A stretch of DNA of 64,000 nucleotides from Alphaproteobacteria bacterium (GCA_963422645.2 CAXXVO010000008.1:608001-672000); one strand, 5' to 3'; shown: positions 21,718-33,620, counted from the stretch's first letter. Numbers and translations: made by a program. Notes: generated from the sequence alone by a model not told the origin.

Positions 21718-24027
21718 ATGCCCAGTACCCTCCCAATGTGCCCTCCAGAGGCGGTCTCGATCGGCAACAGCTGCTTCGCCGTCCTGATCTCGGACGACAC
21801 CTTCACCTACTTTTCCAACCTCATTCCCTTTGACAGCCACGCCGCCGATGACCGCACGGCCATGCTCTTGCGGATCGGCCGCCTCGCGGCGATCAGCGCG
21901 GTCTCGCCGCAGGAACTGGCTGACGCTTTCGCTGTCTCGCGCGCGACGGTGCAGCGCGCACGACGGCGCTACCTGGCCGAGGGCGAAGCGGGGTTCATGA
22001 AGCCCCGGCGCGGTCGCGGGCCGTCGGTGTTCACTCCGGAGTTGGCGGAGAAGGCGACGGCGTTGCTGGCATCGGGCCTGAGCGGCTCTGCGGCGGCCCG
22101 GGTTCTCGGCGTGTCAGCGCCATCGGTCAACAAGTGGCGCCGTCAGGGACTGATCGGCAACACGGAGGCGGATGGGGAGCCCGGACGCTCAGCGCTGGCT
22201 GCGCCGCCTGACGCGGGTGCGGCTCCTGAAGGCCGTGTCGATGAAGAGAGTACCGGTGCCCCGGGGCCGGAGACGGCGCCGGGGCTGGAAGCGCAGCCGC
22301 AAACGGATCGCAGCGCGCGCGATCGGCGGGACCGGCAGGCGCCGATGGGGCGTGCGACTTGCGATGTTCCGGCTCGGGTTCTGGCCAGTTGTGGACAGGC
22401 GGGGCCGGTCGAACCGCAGTTCGCCGCCGCCGCCCGCGGTGTCCGCTTCGGCGGCGTGCTCGCCGCCCTGCCGGCCCTGCTGAAGGAAGGTCTTCTCTCC
22501 GAGACCGGTCTCCTGCCATTGCTGCCGAAGGGCTATTACGGCTTGCCTACGATCCTGCTCTTCCTGGCCTTCATGACCTTGGCGCGGGTGCGCAACCCCG
22601 AGAGCCTGCGCTACCAGGCGCCGGGCGAATGGGGCGCCATTCTCGGCCTCGATCGCTGCCCCGAGGTCAAGACGCTGCGCCGCAAGATCGCTCTCATCGC
22701 CGACGACGAGGCCGGCGTGCGGGCGTGGCAGCTCGCCCTTGCCAGGCGCTGGCAAGGCGCCGACGAGCCGGAGCTCTGGGCGACGCTGGCCATCGACGGG
22801 CACGTCAAGGTCTACTCCGGCCGCAAGGGGCGCTTGCCCAAGCACTTCGTCTCGCGCGAGAAGCTGTGCCTGCCGGCGAGCGCCAGCTACTGGATCAACG
22901 CTCTGGGCGGCAAGCCGCTGCTCTGTCTGCACAAGCCGCTGGACCCGAAGATGGTCGCGGCCATCGAAGCCGACGTGGTGCCGGCGCTGCAGGAGCTTGG
23001 GATCGTTGGCGCCGGGGCGCCGGACCTGACCGCCGAGCATCCCGGCCAGCCGGCGCTCACCCTGGTCTTCGACCGCGAGGGCTGGAGCCCGGATCTGTTC
23101 CGCCGGCTGGCGAGGCGCGGCGTCGCCTGCCTGACCTGGCACAAGAACTTCAGGGGCGAGGACTGGCCGGCCGAGGACTTCGGCGCGATGACCGTTCCCA
23201 TTCACGGACCGGCGGCGGACGGCAGCGCCACCATGCGGCTGGCTGAGAAGCCGGTGACGTTGCCGAACGGCTTCAGGGTGCGCCAGATCCGCCGCCTGCT
23301 CGACAACGGCCGTCAGGTGCCGCTGATCACCACCGATCCGCACAAGCCGATGGCTGAGGTTGCGGGCGCCATGTTCTCGCGCTGGTCGCAGGAGAACTTC
23401 TTCAAGTACATGCGTGACGAGTTCAATCTCGACGCCCTGCCGACCCACGAGCTCGAGCCTCTCGATCCCGCCGCCATGGTCGTCAACCCGCTGCGGCGGG
23501 CCTATGACAAGGCAATCCATCGCCTCGACCGCCAGCTTGGCCGCCTGCGCAACCGCATCGCCGACACGGCCCGGAAGAAGCAGCCGACGGCGGAACTCAG
23601 GAGGGAAGTCAGGGACCTCCAGGATGTCCGCGACATCGTCAGGGCCAGCCGCAGGGAGACGCCCAAGCACTGCCGGGCCGGCGACCTCGACGAAGCCGAG
23701 CAGCTCGATGCCTTGCCCGCGCGCGAGCGCCTCCTCCTCGACGTCATCCGGATGATCGCCTACCGCGCCGAAACCCGCATGATGCTTCCCGTCATGCAGG
23801 CGCAGGGCCACAAGCCCCATCCCCGGAAACTGCTTCAAGCGCTGCTCACCGCCGATGCCGACATCCTGCCGGATCCTGGCAATGGCCTCCTGCGGGTCCA
23901 CATTCTTGGCCTCGCAAACGACGCCTGCGACCGTTGGATCGATGCGGTTCTGAGCGACCTGAACGCCACCGAAACGGTCTTCCCCGGCACCCGTCTGCGC
24001 ATAGTCTCAGACTTCCTGACCTCGTGA
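21718..24027 (+). CDS. IS-A transposase, 769-aa open frame with its C-terminal tail replaced at the copy 5 junction
   Basis: Continuous ORF with HTH and all three DDE motifs. Confidence 0.85.
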   Translation: MPSTLPMCPPEAVSIGNSCFAVLISDDTFTYFSNLIPFDSHAADDRTAMLLRIGRLAAISAVSPQELADAFAVSRATVQRARRRYLAEGEAGFMKPRRGRGPSVFTPELAEKATALLASGLSGSAAARVLGVSAPSVNKWRRQGLIGNTEADGEPGRSALAAPPDAGAAPEGRVDEESTGAPGPETAPGLEAQPQTDRSARDRRDRQAPMGRATCDVPARVLASCGQAGPVEPQFAAAARGVRFGGVLAALPALLKEGLLSETGLLPLLPKGYYGLPTILLFLAFMTLARVRNPESLRYQAPGEWGAILGLDRCPEVKTLRRKIALIADDEAGVRAWQLALARRWQGADEPELWATLAIDGHVKVYSGRKGRLPKHFVSREKLCLPASASYWINALGGKPLLCLHKPLDPKMVAAIEADVVPALQELGIVGAGAPDLTAEHPGQPALTLVFDREGWSPDLFRRLARRGVACLTWHKNFRGEDWPAEDFGAMTVPIHGPAADGSATMRLAEKPVTLPNGFRVRQIRRLLDNGRQVPLITTDPHKPMAEVAGAMFSRWSQENFFKYMRDEFNLDALPTHELEPLDPAAMVVNPLRRAYDKAIHRLDRQLGRLRNRIADTARKKQPTAELRREVRDLQDVRDIVRASRRETPKHCRAGDLDEAEQLDALPARERLLLDVIRMIAYRAETRMMLPVMQAQGHKPHPRKLLQALLTADADILPDPGNGLLRVHILGLANDACDRWIDAVLSDLNATETVFPGTRLRIVSDFLTS

Positions 24028-26519
24028 TGCTGGCTGTTCTGGGCAGCGTGCCGGGAACTCCTTGAATTCTGATACATTTCGGTTGTTTCAGGCGGTTTTT
24101 CGCTGGGTGTCGCGCCCGAGGTCTGATATTATAATTTGATACCAATTGCACGGTCTCAACCATGCCCAGTACCCTCCCAATGTGCCCTCCAGAGGCGGTC
24201 TCGATCGGCAACAGCTGCTTCGCCGTCCTGATCTCGGACGACACCTTCACCTACTTTTCCAACCTCATTCCCTTTGACAGCCACGCCGCCGATGACCGCA
24301 CGGCCATGCTCTTGCGGATCGGCCGCCTCGCGGCGATCAGCGCGGTCTCGCCGCAGGAACTGGCTGACGCTTTCGCTGTCTCGCGCGCGACGGTGCAGCG
24401 CGCACGACGGCGCTACCTGGCCGAGGGCGAAGCGGGGTTCATGAAGCCCCGGCGCGGTCGCGGGCCGTCGGTGTTCACTCCGGAGTTGGCGGAGAAGGCG
24501 ACGGCGTTGCTGGCATCGGGCCTGAGCGGCTCTGCGGCGGCCCGGGTTCTCGGCGTGTCAGCGCCATCGGTCAACAAGTGGCGCCGTCAGGGACTGATCG
24601 GCAACACGGAGGCGGATGGGGAGCCCGGACGCTCAGCGCTGGCTGCGCCGCCTGACGCGGGTGCGGCTCCTGAAGGCCGTGTCGATGAAGAGAGTACCGG
24701 TGCCCCGGGGCCGGAGACGGCGCCGGGGCTGGAAGCGCAGCCGCAAACGGATCGCAGCGCGCGCGATCGGCGGGACCGGCAGGCGCCGATGGGGCGTGCG
24801 ACTTGCGATGTTCCGGCTCGGGTTCTGGCCAGTTGTGGACAGGCGGGGCCGGTCGAACCGCAGTTCGCCGCCGCCGCCCGCGGTGTCCGCTTCGGCGGCG
24901 TGCTCGCCGCCCTGCCGGCCCTGCTGAAGGAAGGTCTTCTCTCCGAGACCGGTCTCCTGCCATTGCTGCCGAAGGGCTATTACGGCTTGCCTACGATCCT
25001 GCTCTTCCTGGCCTTCATGACCTTGGCGCGGGTGCGCAACCCCGAGAGCCTGCGCTACCAGGCGCCGGGCGAATGGGGCGCCATTCTCGGCCTCGATCGC
25101 TGCCCCGAGGTCAAGACGCTGCGCCGCAAGATCGCTCTCATCGCCGACGACGAGGCCGGCGTGCGGGCGTGGCAGCTCGCCCTTGCCAGGCGCTGGCAAG
25201 GCCGACGAGCCGGAGCTCTGGGCGACGCTGGCCATCGACGGGCACGTCAAGGTCTACTCCGGCCGCAAGGGGCGCTTGCCCAAGCACTTCGTCTCGCGCG
25301 AGAAGCTGTGCCTGCCGGCGAGCGCCAGCTACTGGATCAACGCTCTGGGCGGCAAGCCGCTGCTCTGTCTGCACAAGCCGCTGGACCCGAAGATGGTCGC
25401 GGCCATCGAAGCCGACGTGGTGCCGGCGCTGCAGGAGCTTGGGATCGTTGGCGCCGGGGCGCCGGACCTGACCGCCGAGCATCCCGGCCAGCCGGCGCTC
25501 ACCCTGGTCTTCGACCGCGAGGGCTGGAGCCCGGATCTGTTCCGCCGGCTGGCGAGGCGCGGCGTCGCCTGCCTGACCTGGCACAAGAACTTCAGGGGCG
25601 AGGACTGGCCGGCCGAGGACTTCGGCGCGATGACCGTTCCCATTCACGGACCGGCGGCGGACGGCAGCGCCACCATGCGGCTGGCTGAGAAGCCGGTGAC
25701 GTTGCCGAACGGCTTCAGGGTGCGCCAGATCCGCCGCCTGCTCGACAACGGCCGTCAGGTGCCGCTGATCACCACCGATCCGCACAAGCCGATGGCTGAG
25801 GTTGCGGGCGCCATGTTCTCGCGCTGGTCGCAGGAGAACTTCTTCAAGTACATGCGTGACGAGTTCAATCTCGACGCCCTGCCGACCCACGAGCTCGAGC
25901 CTCTCGATCCCGCCGCCATGGTCGTCAACCCGCTGCGGCGGGCCTATGACAAGGCAATCCATCGCCTCGACCGCCAGCTTGGCCGCCTGCGCAACCGCAT
26001 CGCCGACACGGCCCGGAAGAAGCAGCCGACGGCGGAACTCAGGAGGGAAGTCAGGGACCTCCAGGATGTCCGCGACATCGTCAGGGCCAGCCGCAGGGAG
26101 ACGCCCAAGCACTGCCGGGCCGGCGACCTCGACGAAGCCGAGCAGCTCGATGCCTTGCCCGCGCGCGAGCGCCTCCTCCTCGACGTCATCCGGATGATCG
26201 CCTACCGCGCCGAAACCCGCATGATGCTTCCCGTCATGCAGGCGCAGGGCCACAAGCCCCATCCCCGGAAACTGCTTCAAGCGCTGCTCACCGCCGATGC
26301 CGACATCCTGCCGGATCCTGGCAATGGCCTCCTGCGGGTCCACATTCTTGGCCTCGCAAACGACGCCTGCGACCGTTGGATCGATGCGGTTCTGAGCGAC
26401 CTGAACGCCACCGAAACGGTCTTCCCCGGCACCCGTCTGCGCATAGTCTACGACATCGACGGGGCCTCGGAATCCGCGCGGCTCGTGTCACCTAAAATCA
26501 GCAGAGGTCAGGAAGTCTG
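24008..26519 (+). mobile_element. IS-A copy 5, both ends present, -2 frameshift
   Basis: IRs at 24008 and 26519; left flank AGTCT, right flank AGCAT. Confidence 0.93.
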
Positions 26520-26935
26520 AGCATAAGGAGGGCTGCCTGCGCTTCCTCACCGACCTGCGCACGCCGTTCACGAATAACGAGGCGGAGCGTGACATCCGTA
26601 TGAACAAAGTGCATGAGAAGATCTCAGGCGGCTTCCGCTCCCTGCAAGGCGCCTGCAACTTCGCCGGAATGCGCAGCGTCATCGTCACCGCTCGAAAGCA
26701 AGGCTGGAACATCCTGCAAATCCTGGCGCACCCGGAACCGATGCAGCTGATCCCTATACTGCGCTCCTGAACTTCTCCGGCTCATCCTGAGTATCGCTGT
26801 CCTCTCATCTTGTTCGCGACGCGGCGTTCATCATCCTCTCGCGCTCAAGAGAGTAGGCACCCCCGCGGCGTGGGGGCGTTGACGCAAAAGGAACTGGCTT
26901 GTTCCATAAGAGAGAGGGGGTACCTGGGCAGTTAC
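26520..26935 (+). mobile_element. IS66 3' end (transposase tail plus right end), duplicate of 30449-30864
   Basis: PFTNNEAERDIRM motif; ends GGGCAGTTAC. Confidence 0.85.
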
Positions 26936-27210
26936 AATCGATAAGCTTTTCCCGCTCAAAGTAGGAAATAAGACGACTGTTTCTTACTCTCTCCCTAGCT
27001 GGCGCGGGAAGACAGCATACAGAGTAGTAGCCTACAAGGAGGTCAAGACGTTGCTGGGACAACGACCAGTATTCGTGATCGCGTACGTGGACAGCGGAGA
27101 TGGAAACTACCGGGCAAAAGGTTGGAATCATTACGATCCAGAACTCGGATTTTGGCACCGCGGAGTCTACACAATTTTGAGCGGCACCGGCGGCGAGTTG
27201 AAAATGTGGA

Positions 27211-27960
27211 ACCGCTTATGCACATGGCTCCGGTCGCGAGAGTTTGCCACCAGATGTTGAGGTTGAGGTTAGGGCGGGAGAACGGGTAGAATGTTGCCTA
27301 TACGTTCCTGCCGACGGAGCCACTCCAGAAGCAACTCGGCATCGGCTCGTACCGAAGTGCCTGGCTGCTCGTCCACAAGCTGCGCGCCAGCATGGTCGAC
27401 CCCGAGCGCAACCCGTTGTCGGGCTTGGTCGAAATCGACGAGGCCAGCCTTCCATTCCGGACCAGGAACGATCCCCCCGGCGGCGGGCAGGGGCGCAGCC
27501 ACGACGGCAAGATGCTGATCATCGGCGCCATCGAACTGGGGGATGGAACCATCCCGGGCCGCCTGCGGCTGGCCGAAATCTCCTCCTACGGCGCCGCCGA
27601 CCTCGGCCGCTTCATCGAAACCGCCGCCGATCCCGACGCCATCGCGAAAACCGACGGCTGGTCCGGCTACGCTGCGGTCCCCGCCGATCGCCACAATGTC
27701 CATGTCGTCGGGAAGACCGCCGCTCACCTCGTCCTGCCGTGGATCCACCAAGTCTTCTCCAACCTCAAAGGATGGGCGCGAGGCGTCTACCACGGGCTGC
27801 GCCGCAAGCATCTGCAGGCCTATCTCGATGAGTTCGTCTTTCGCTTCAACCGCCGCAAAACCCGCCACGCTGCTTTCCGCTCGCTCTTCCGCCTCGCCAC
27901 CAATGCAAAACCCCTTACCTACAACATGTTGAGCAAGCCGGAGCCATGTGCATAAGCGGT
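27211..27960 (+). mobile_element. IS1595-family element, internally deleted
   Basis: IR ACCGCTTATGCACATGGCTCCGG at both ends; ISXO2-like VEIDE, KTDGWSGY, YLDEFVFRFNRR; the N-terminal Zn-ribbon is missing. Confidence 0.88.
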
Positions 27961-30351
27961 TAATTTGATACCAATTGCACGGGGTCTCAACCATGCCCAG
28001 TACCCTCCCAATGTGCCCTCCAGAGGCGGTCTCGATCGGCAACAGCTGCTTCGCCGTCCTGATCTCGGACGACACCTTCACCTACTTTTCCAACCTCATT
28101 CCCTTTGACAGCCACGCCGCCGATGACCGCACGGCCATGCTCTTGCGGATCGGCCGCCTCGCGGCGATCAGCGCGGTCTCGCCGCAGGAACTGGCTGACG
28201 CTTTCGCTGTCTCGCGCGCGACGGTGCAGCGCGCACGACGGCGCTACCTGGCCGAGGGCGAAGCGGGGTTCATGAAGCCCCGGCGCGGTCGCGGGCCGTC
28301 GGTGTTCACTCCGGAGTTGGCGGAGAAGGCGACGGCGTTGCTGGCATCGGGCCTGAGCGGCTCTGCGGCGGCCCGGGTTCTCGGCGTGTCAGCGCCATCG
28401 GTCAACAAGTGGCGCCGTCAGGGACTGATCGGCAACACGGAGGCGGATGGGGAGCCCGGACGCTCAGCGCTGGCTGCGCCGCCTGACGCGGGTGCGGCTC
28501 CTGAAGGCCGTGTCGATGAAGAGAGTACCGGTGCCCCGGGGCCGGAGACGGCGCCGGGGCTGGAAGCGCAGCCGCAAACGGATCGCAGCGCGCGCGATCG
28601 GCGGGACCGGCAGGCGCCGATGGGGCGTGCGACTTGCGATGTTCCGGCTCGGGTTCTGGCCAGTTGTGGACAGGCGGGGCCGGTCGAACCGCAGTTCGCC
28701 GCCGCCGCCCGCGGTGTCCGCTTCGGCGGCGTGCTCGCCGCCCTGCCGGCCCTGCTGAAGGAAGGTCTTCTCTCCGAGACCGGTCTCCTGCCATTGCTGC
28801 CGAAGGGCTATTACGGCTTGCCTACGATCCTGCTCTTCCTGGCCTTCATGACCTTGGCGCGGGTGCGCAACCCCGAGAGCCTGCGCTACCAGGCGCCGGG
28901 CGAATGGGGCGCCATTCTCGGCCTCGATCGCTGCCCCGAGGTCAAGACGCTGCGCCGCAAGATCGCTCTCATCGCCGACGACGAGGCCGGCGTGCGGGCG
29001 TGGCAGCTCGCCCTTGCCAGGCGCTGGCAGGCGCCGACGAGCCGGAGCTCTGGGCGACGCTGGCCATCGACGGGCACGTCAAGGTCTACTCCGGCCGCAA
29101 GGGGCGCTTGCCCAAGCACTTCGTCTCGCGCGAGAAGCTGTGCCTGCCGGCGAGCGCCAGCTACTGGATCAACGCTCTGGGCGGCAAGCCGCTGCTCTGT
29201 CTGCACAAGCCGCTGGACCCGAAGATGGTCGCGGCCATCGAAGCCGACGTGGTGCCGGCGCTGCAGGAGCTTGGGATCGTTGGCGCCGGGGCGCCGGACC
29301 TGACCGCCGAGCATCCCGGCCAGCCGGCGCTCACCCTGGTCTTCGACCGCGAGGGCTGGAGCCCGGATCTGTTCCGCCGGCTGGCGAGGCGCGGCGTCGC
29401 CTGCCTGACCTGGCACAAGAACTTCAGGGGCGAGGACTGGCCGGCCGAGGACTTCGGCGCGATGACCGTTCCCATTCACGGACCGGCGGCGGACGGCAGC
29501 GCCACCATGCGGCTGGCTGAGAAGCCGGTGACGTTGCCGAACGGCTTCAGGGTGCGCCAGATCCGCCGCCTGCTCGACAACGGCCGTCAGGTGCCGCTGA
29601 TCACCACCGATCCGCACAAGCCGATGGCTGAGGTTGCGGGCGCCATGTTCTCGCGCTGGTCGCAGGAGAACTTCTTCAAGTACATGCGTGACGAGTTCAA
29701 TCTCGACGCCCTGCCGACCCACGAGCTCGAGCCTCTCGATCCCGCCGCCATGGTCGTCAACCCGCTGCGGCGGGCCTATGACAAGGCAATCCATCGCCTC
29801 GACCGCCAGCTTGGCCGCCTGCGCAACCGCATCGCCGACACGGCCCGGAAGAAGCAGCCGACGGCGGAACTCAGGAGGGAAGTCAGGGACCTCCAGGATG
29901 TCCGCGACATCGTCAGGGCCAGCCGCAGGGAGACGCCCAAGCACTGCCGGGCCGGCGACCTCGACGAAGCCGAGCAGCTCGATGCCTTGCCCGCGCGCGA
30001 GCGCCTCCTCCTCGACGTCATCCGGATGATCGCCTACCGCGCCGAAACCCGCATGATGCTTCCCGTCATGCAGGCGCAGGGCCACAAGCCCCATCCCCGG
30101 AAACTGCTTCAAGCGCTGCTCACCGCCGATGCCGACATCCTGCCGGATCCTGGCAATGGCCTCCTGCGGGTCCACATTCTTGGCCTCGCAAACGACGCCT
30201 GCGACCGTTGGATCGATGCGGTTCTGAGCGACCTGAACGCCACCGAAACGGTCTTCCCCGGCACCCGTCTGCGCATAGTCTACGACATCGACGGGGCCTC
30301 GGAATCCGCGCGGCTCGTGTCACCTAAAATCAGCAGAGGTCAGGAAGTCTG
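27961..30351 (+). mobile_element. IS-A copy 6, left end removed at the IS1595 junction, -1 frameshift
   Basis: Starts at TAATTTGATACC; right IR ends at 30351, followed by AGTCT. Confidence 0.92.
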
Positions 30352-30431
30352 AGTCTACGACATCGACGGGGCCTCGGAATCCGCGCGGCTCGTGTCACCT
30401 AAAATCAGCAGAGGTCAGGAAGTCTGAACCT

Positions 30432-30913
30432 CGCGCGCCGCCTTCAAAAGCATAAGGAGGGCTGCCTGCGCTTCCTCACCGACCTGCGCACGCCGTTCAC
30501 GAATAACGAGGCGGAGCGTGACATCCGTATGAACAAAGTGCATGAGAAGATCTCAGGCGGCTTCCGCTCCCTGCAAGGCGCCTGCAACTTCGCCGGAATG
30601 CGCAGCGTCATCGTCACCGCTCGAAAGCAAGGCTGGAACATCCTGCAAATCCTGGCGCACCCGGAACCGATGCAGCTGATCCCTATACTGCGCTCCTGAA
30701 CTTCTCCGGCTCATCCTGAGTATCGCTGTCCTCTCATCTTGTTCGCGACGCGGCGTTCATCATCCTCTCGCGCTCAAGAGAGTAGGCACCCCCGCGGCGT
30801 GGGGGCGTTGACGCAAAAGGAACTGGCTTGTTCCATAAGAGAGAGGGGGTACCTGGGCAGTTACAAAGGAACTGGCTTGTTCCATAAGAGAGAGGGGGTA
30901 CCTGGGCAGTTAC
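30432..30913 (+). mobile_element. IS66 3' part (transposase stop at 30699) with duplicated right end
   Basis: Continues the 20869-21563 frame; terminal 49 bp occur twice (30816-30864, 30865-30913). Confidence 0.85.
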
Positions 30914-31465
30914 GCGTTTTTAGCACCGAGGCTCGAACATCACCACAACTGCCATCACCGCAGTTCGGAGAATCTTGTCCCCGTAGCAAGTTCAAACCCA
31001 TCATCTCGGCCCCTCCACCGCCGTGCCGTCGCCGAACAGATTTTCCAGCAATGGCTCCCAGTCCCTCCTCGCAATCCGCGCGCTCCATAGTGCGCATTTT
31101 CCCCTCGACCAGAAAGGCCAGTGCGTAGCTAATGCGCATGAGCACCGCCTCTTCCGTCCCAGCTGCCGCCCCGCACCCGGCAACGCGGACCATGCTGTCG
31201 TGAAGCGCGCGTTGCTCCCTCTAGTCCAGCGCTGCGGACTGAGACTGGTTCATCGAGGCGGACATCATATTCGAAAACAACCGCCTGGATTCTCTGGCGG
31301 AGTTGCTAAAGGGGAGTGACTAAGCGCTCGTCTTTCCTGCGTGGATACACGCGACCGAGTTACTGCCGGAAGACAATCCCTTTCTACAGTGAGGTCGGTG
31401 GATTTGACCCTCATGATCTCCCGCTGAAAGCGTTTCCGATCCGCCTTGGGCCGGCGGCCAAACTG

Positions 31466-32293
31466 TCAGGTTATCTCCGTGTCAGAGTGATAAACTCGGG
31501 CGGCAGCCTCTCTGTCTTCACAAATCCGACGCATAAATTCTCGGCGTCTGGATAGTTGGCGCCGAATAGACCATGGCATACGGCGCCAGAGAAGCATCAC
31601 TGGGTTCTCGGTCTGCCGGTGAAGCTGACGCGACCGCCTACGGTCTTCGTCTATCTGGGAGTCGTTCCACTCTCCATGAAATACGACCGGCGGATCGAGA
31701 TAATAGATATTCAGCCCGTTCTCCCAGTAGTTGTTAATTGCCATGTCAAGCGCCCACGTCATCTCTGGCGTGACCTCCAGAAAGCGACGTGCCGCATCTC
31801 TTGTAATCACGTATCCTTCGGTGCCAGAGTCATGATAGCGGACTCGGCCGATAATGTGTCCGGTCGAAAGCTGTTTGTATGGTATAAAGGCCCTATTGGG
31901 CCTGCGCCTGTTCAGCTTCACAACGTCGAAGGGCACCGGACGTCGATCCAATGCCGCGAGAACCAATGGAAGTTCCGCAGACAGCTCGGCATCATCTTCG
32001 AAAATTGCAGCAGTCTCGGGTCCGTTCTCAACGATTTCCTGCATGACCTGTCGTTGGCTCAGCCAATTCCCGATCAATGCGTCTGCCTGCGGATTGAGAC
32101 CCATGCGCCGCGGCGTGCTCCTGTCGACTTGGGCGTAGTCTTCTTCGGTCAAACGCTTTCCATCGACAGCCTCATGAAATTCGGGCTTGAGACCGACTCT
32201 CGCAAACTGTTGGGTTATTCGCTGCCTACGGTCTTTCGCGCGAGCCAGGTTGATCACAAACATCCGCACGGATGCACTCCTGCCCACAGCCAT
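31466..32293 (-). CDS. Glycosyltransferase family 25 (LPS biosynthesis)
   Basis: FVINLARAKDRR, EAVDG, IFEDDA, GTEGYVITRDAA. Confidence 0.88.
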   Translation of the reverse strand: MAVGRSASVRMFVINLARAKDRRQRITQQFARVGLKPEFHEAVDGKRLTEEDYAQVDRSTPRRMGLNPQADALIGNWLSQRQVMQEIVENGPETAAIFEDDAELSAELPLVLAALDRRPVPFDVVKLNRRRPNRAFIPYKQLSTGHIIGRVRYHDSGTEGYVITRDAARRFLEVTPEMTWALDMAINNYWENGLNIYYLDPPVVFHGEWNDSQIDEDRRRSRQLHRQTENPVMLLWRRMPWSIRRQLSRRREFMRRICEDREAAARVYHSDTEIT

Positions 32294-32493
32294 CGACCAC
32301 TACAGCTCGCGAGTTCAACTAGACGGTCACGAAGCATTTCGGCACCTCATCTACTGAGCAGACATAAGGTACTGCCCGCCCGAGGAGCGGTCCAGCACCG
32401 AACCGGGCTTGGCCACACCCGATGCAGCAGGTCCCAACTCGGGGACAGGCTCCGATTTGCATGGCGAATTCGGCGCGGTGCTATGATCTGCCG

Positions 32494-33620
32494 ATGACCG
32501 ACGCGGTCACGCTGCAGATCATCCGGGGCAAGCTCGAAGCGCTTGCGCGCGAGATGGGCGTGGTGCTCGCGCGCAGCGCGATGAGCCCGGTCATCTATGA
32601 GGTCTACGACTTCGGCTGCGGCATCTCCGACGCCAAGGGCAGGCTGATCGCCGGCTCCCACGGAGTCGCCGCCTTCTCGGCGCTGTTCGGGCCCCAGATC
32701 AACGCGACCGCCGCCAAGTACGGCGATGCGATGCGCCCCGGCGACATCTACATGACCAACGACCCTTATCTCGGCGGCTCGCACCTGAACGATGTCCTCC
32801 TCGTGGTGCCGATCTTCGAGGACGGGCGGCCGATCGCCTTCGCCAGCTCCTACGCGCACTGGACCGAGGTCGGCGGCATGACTCCCGGCTCGCTCTCGCC
32901 CAACGCCGAGGAGATCTACCAGGAAGGCATCCGCTTCCCGATCATGCGGCTCTACCGCGCCGGCGAGCGGCAGGACGAGCTGCTTGAGCTGATCGCGGCC
33001 AACGTCCGCCTCCCCAAGATGTCCCTCGGCGACCTCAACGCGCAGATCGCTGCGCTCTGCATCGGCGAGACCCGGCTGCGCGAGGCGATCGCGAAGTACG
33101 GCAGGGATCATGTCCTGGCAGCCTTCGACCATGTGCTCGAGACCAGCGAAGGGCTGGCCCGCACCGCCGTCGCCGCGCTGCCGGATGGCGTCTACGAGGC
33201 CGAAGACTTCATCGACGGCGACGGCTTCAGCGACACCCAGTATCCGGTGCGCATGCGCATGACGATTGCGGGCGACGAGATCGAGTTCGATTTCGCCGGC
33301 TCGTGCGACCAGCTGCGCGGCCCGATGAACTGCTCGCTCGAAATGCTGCTGTGCGGCGTCAAGGTGGTGTTCAAGGCGATCGTCGACCCCCACGGGCCGT
33401 CCAACGAAGGCTGGTACCGGCCGATCCGGGTCAAGGCGCCGGAGGGTTGCGTCTTCAACGCCCGCGCCCCGGCCGCGATGGGCTGGTTCTACGAGCCGAT
33501 GGCGCAAGGGGCCGAGCTGGTGTGGAAGGCGATGGCACCATTGGTGCCCGAGCGGCTCACGGCCGGCAGCTACATGAGCATCTGCGTCGTGCTGATGGGG
33601 GCGAAGTGGCCCGGCAGCCG
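32494..33620 (+). pseudogene. Hydantoinase B/5-oxoprolinase subunit, C-terminally truncated
   Basis: RSAMSPVIYE, NDPYLGGSHLND, EIYQEG motifs; only ~370 aa before family-like sequence stops. Confidence 0.85.

Larger units (their letters stand above)
21564..30426 (+). mobile_element. IS-A copy 4 (only copy without the frameshift), split by a nested composite element
   Basis: Direct repeat AACCT at 21559-21563 and 30427-30431; last 70 bp resume at 30357. Confidence 0.93.

Noticed and set aside
30914-31465. Gene between the IS66 end and GT25
   Set aside because: Short, conflicting frames; possibly a decayed gene, but I could not assign it
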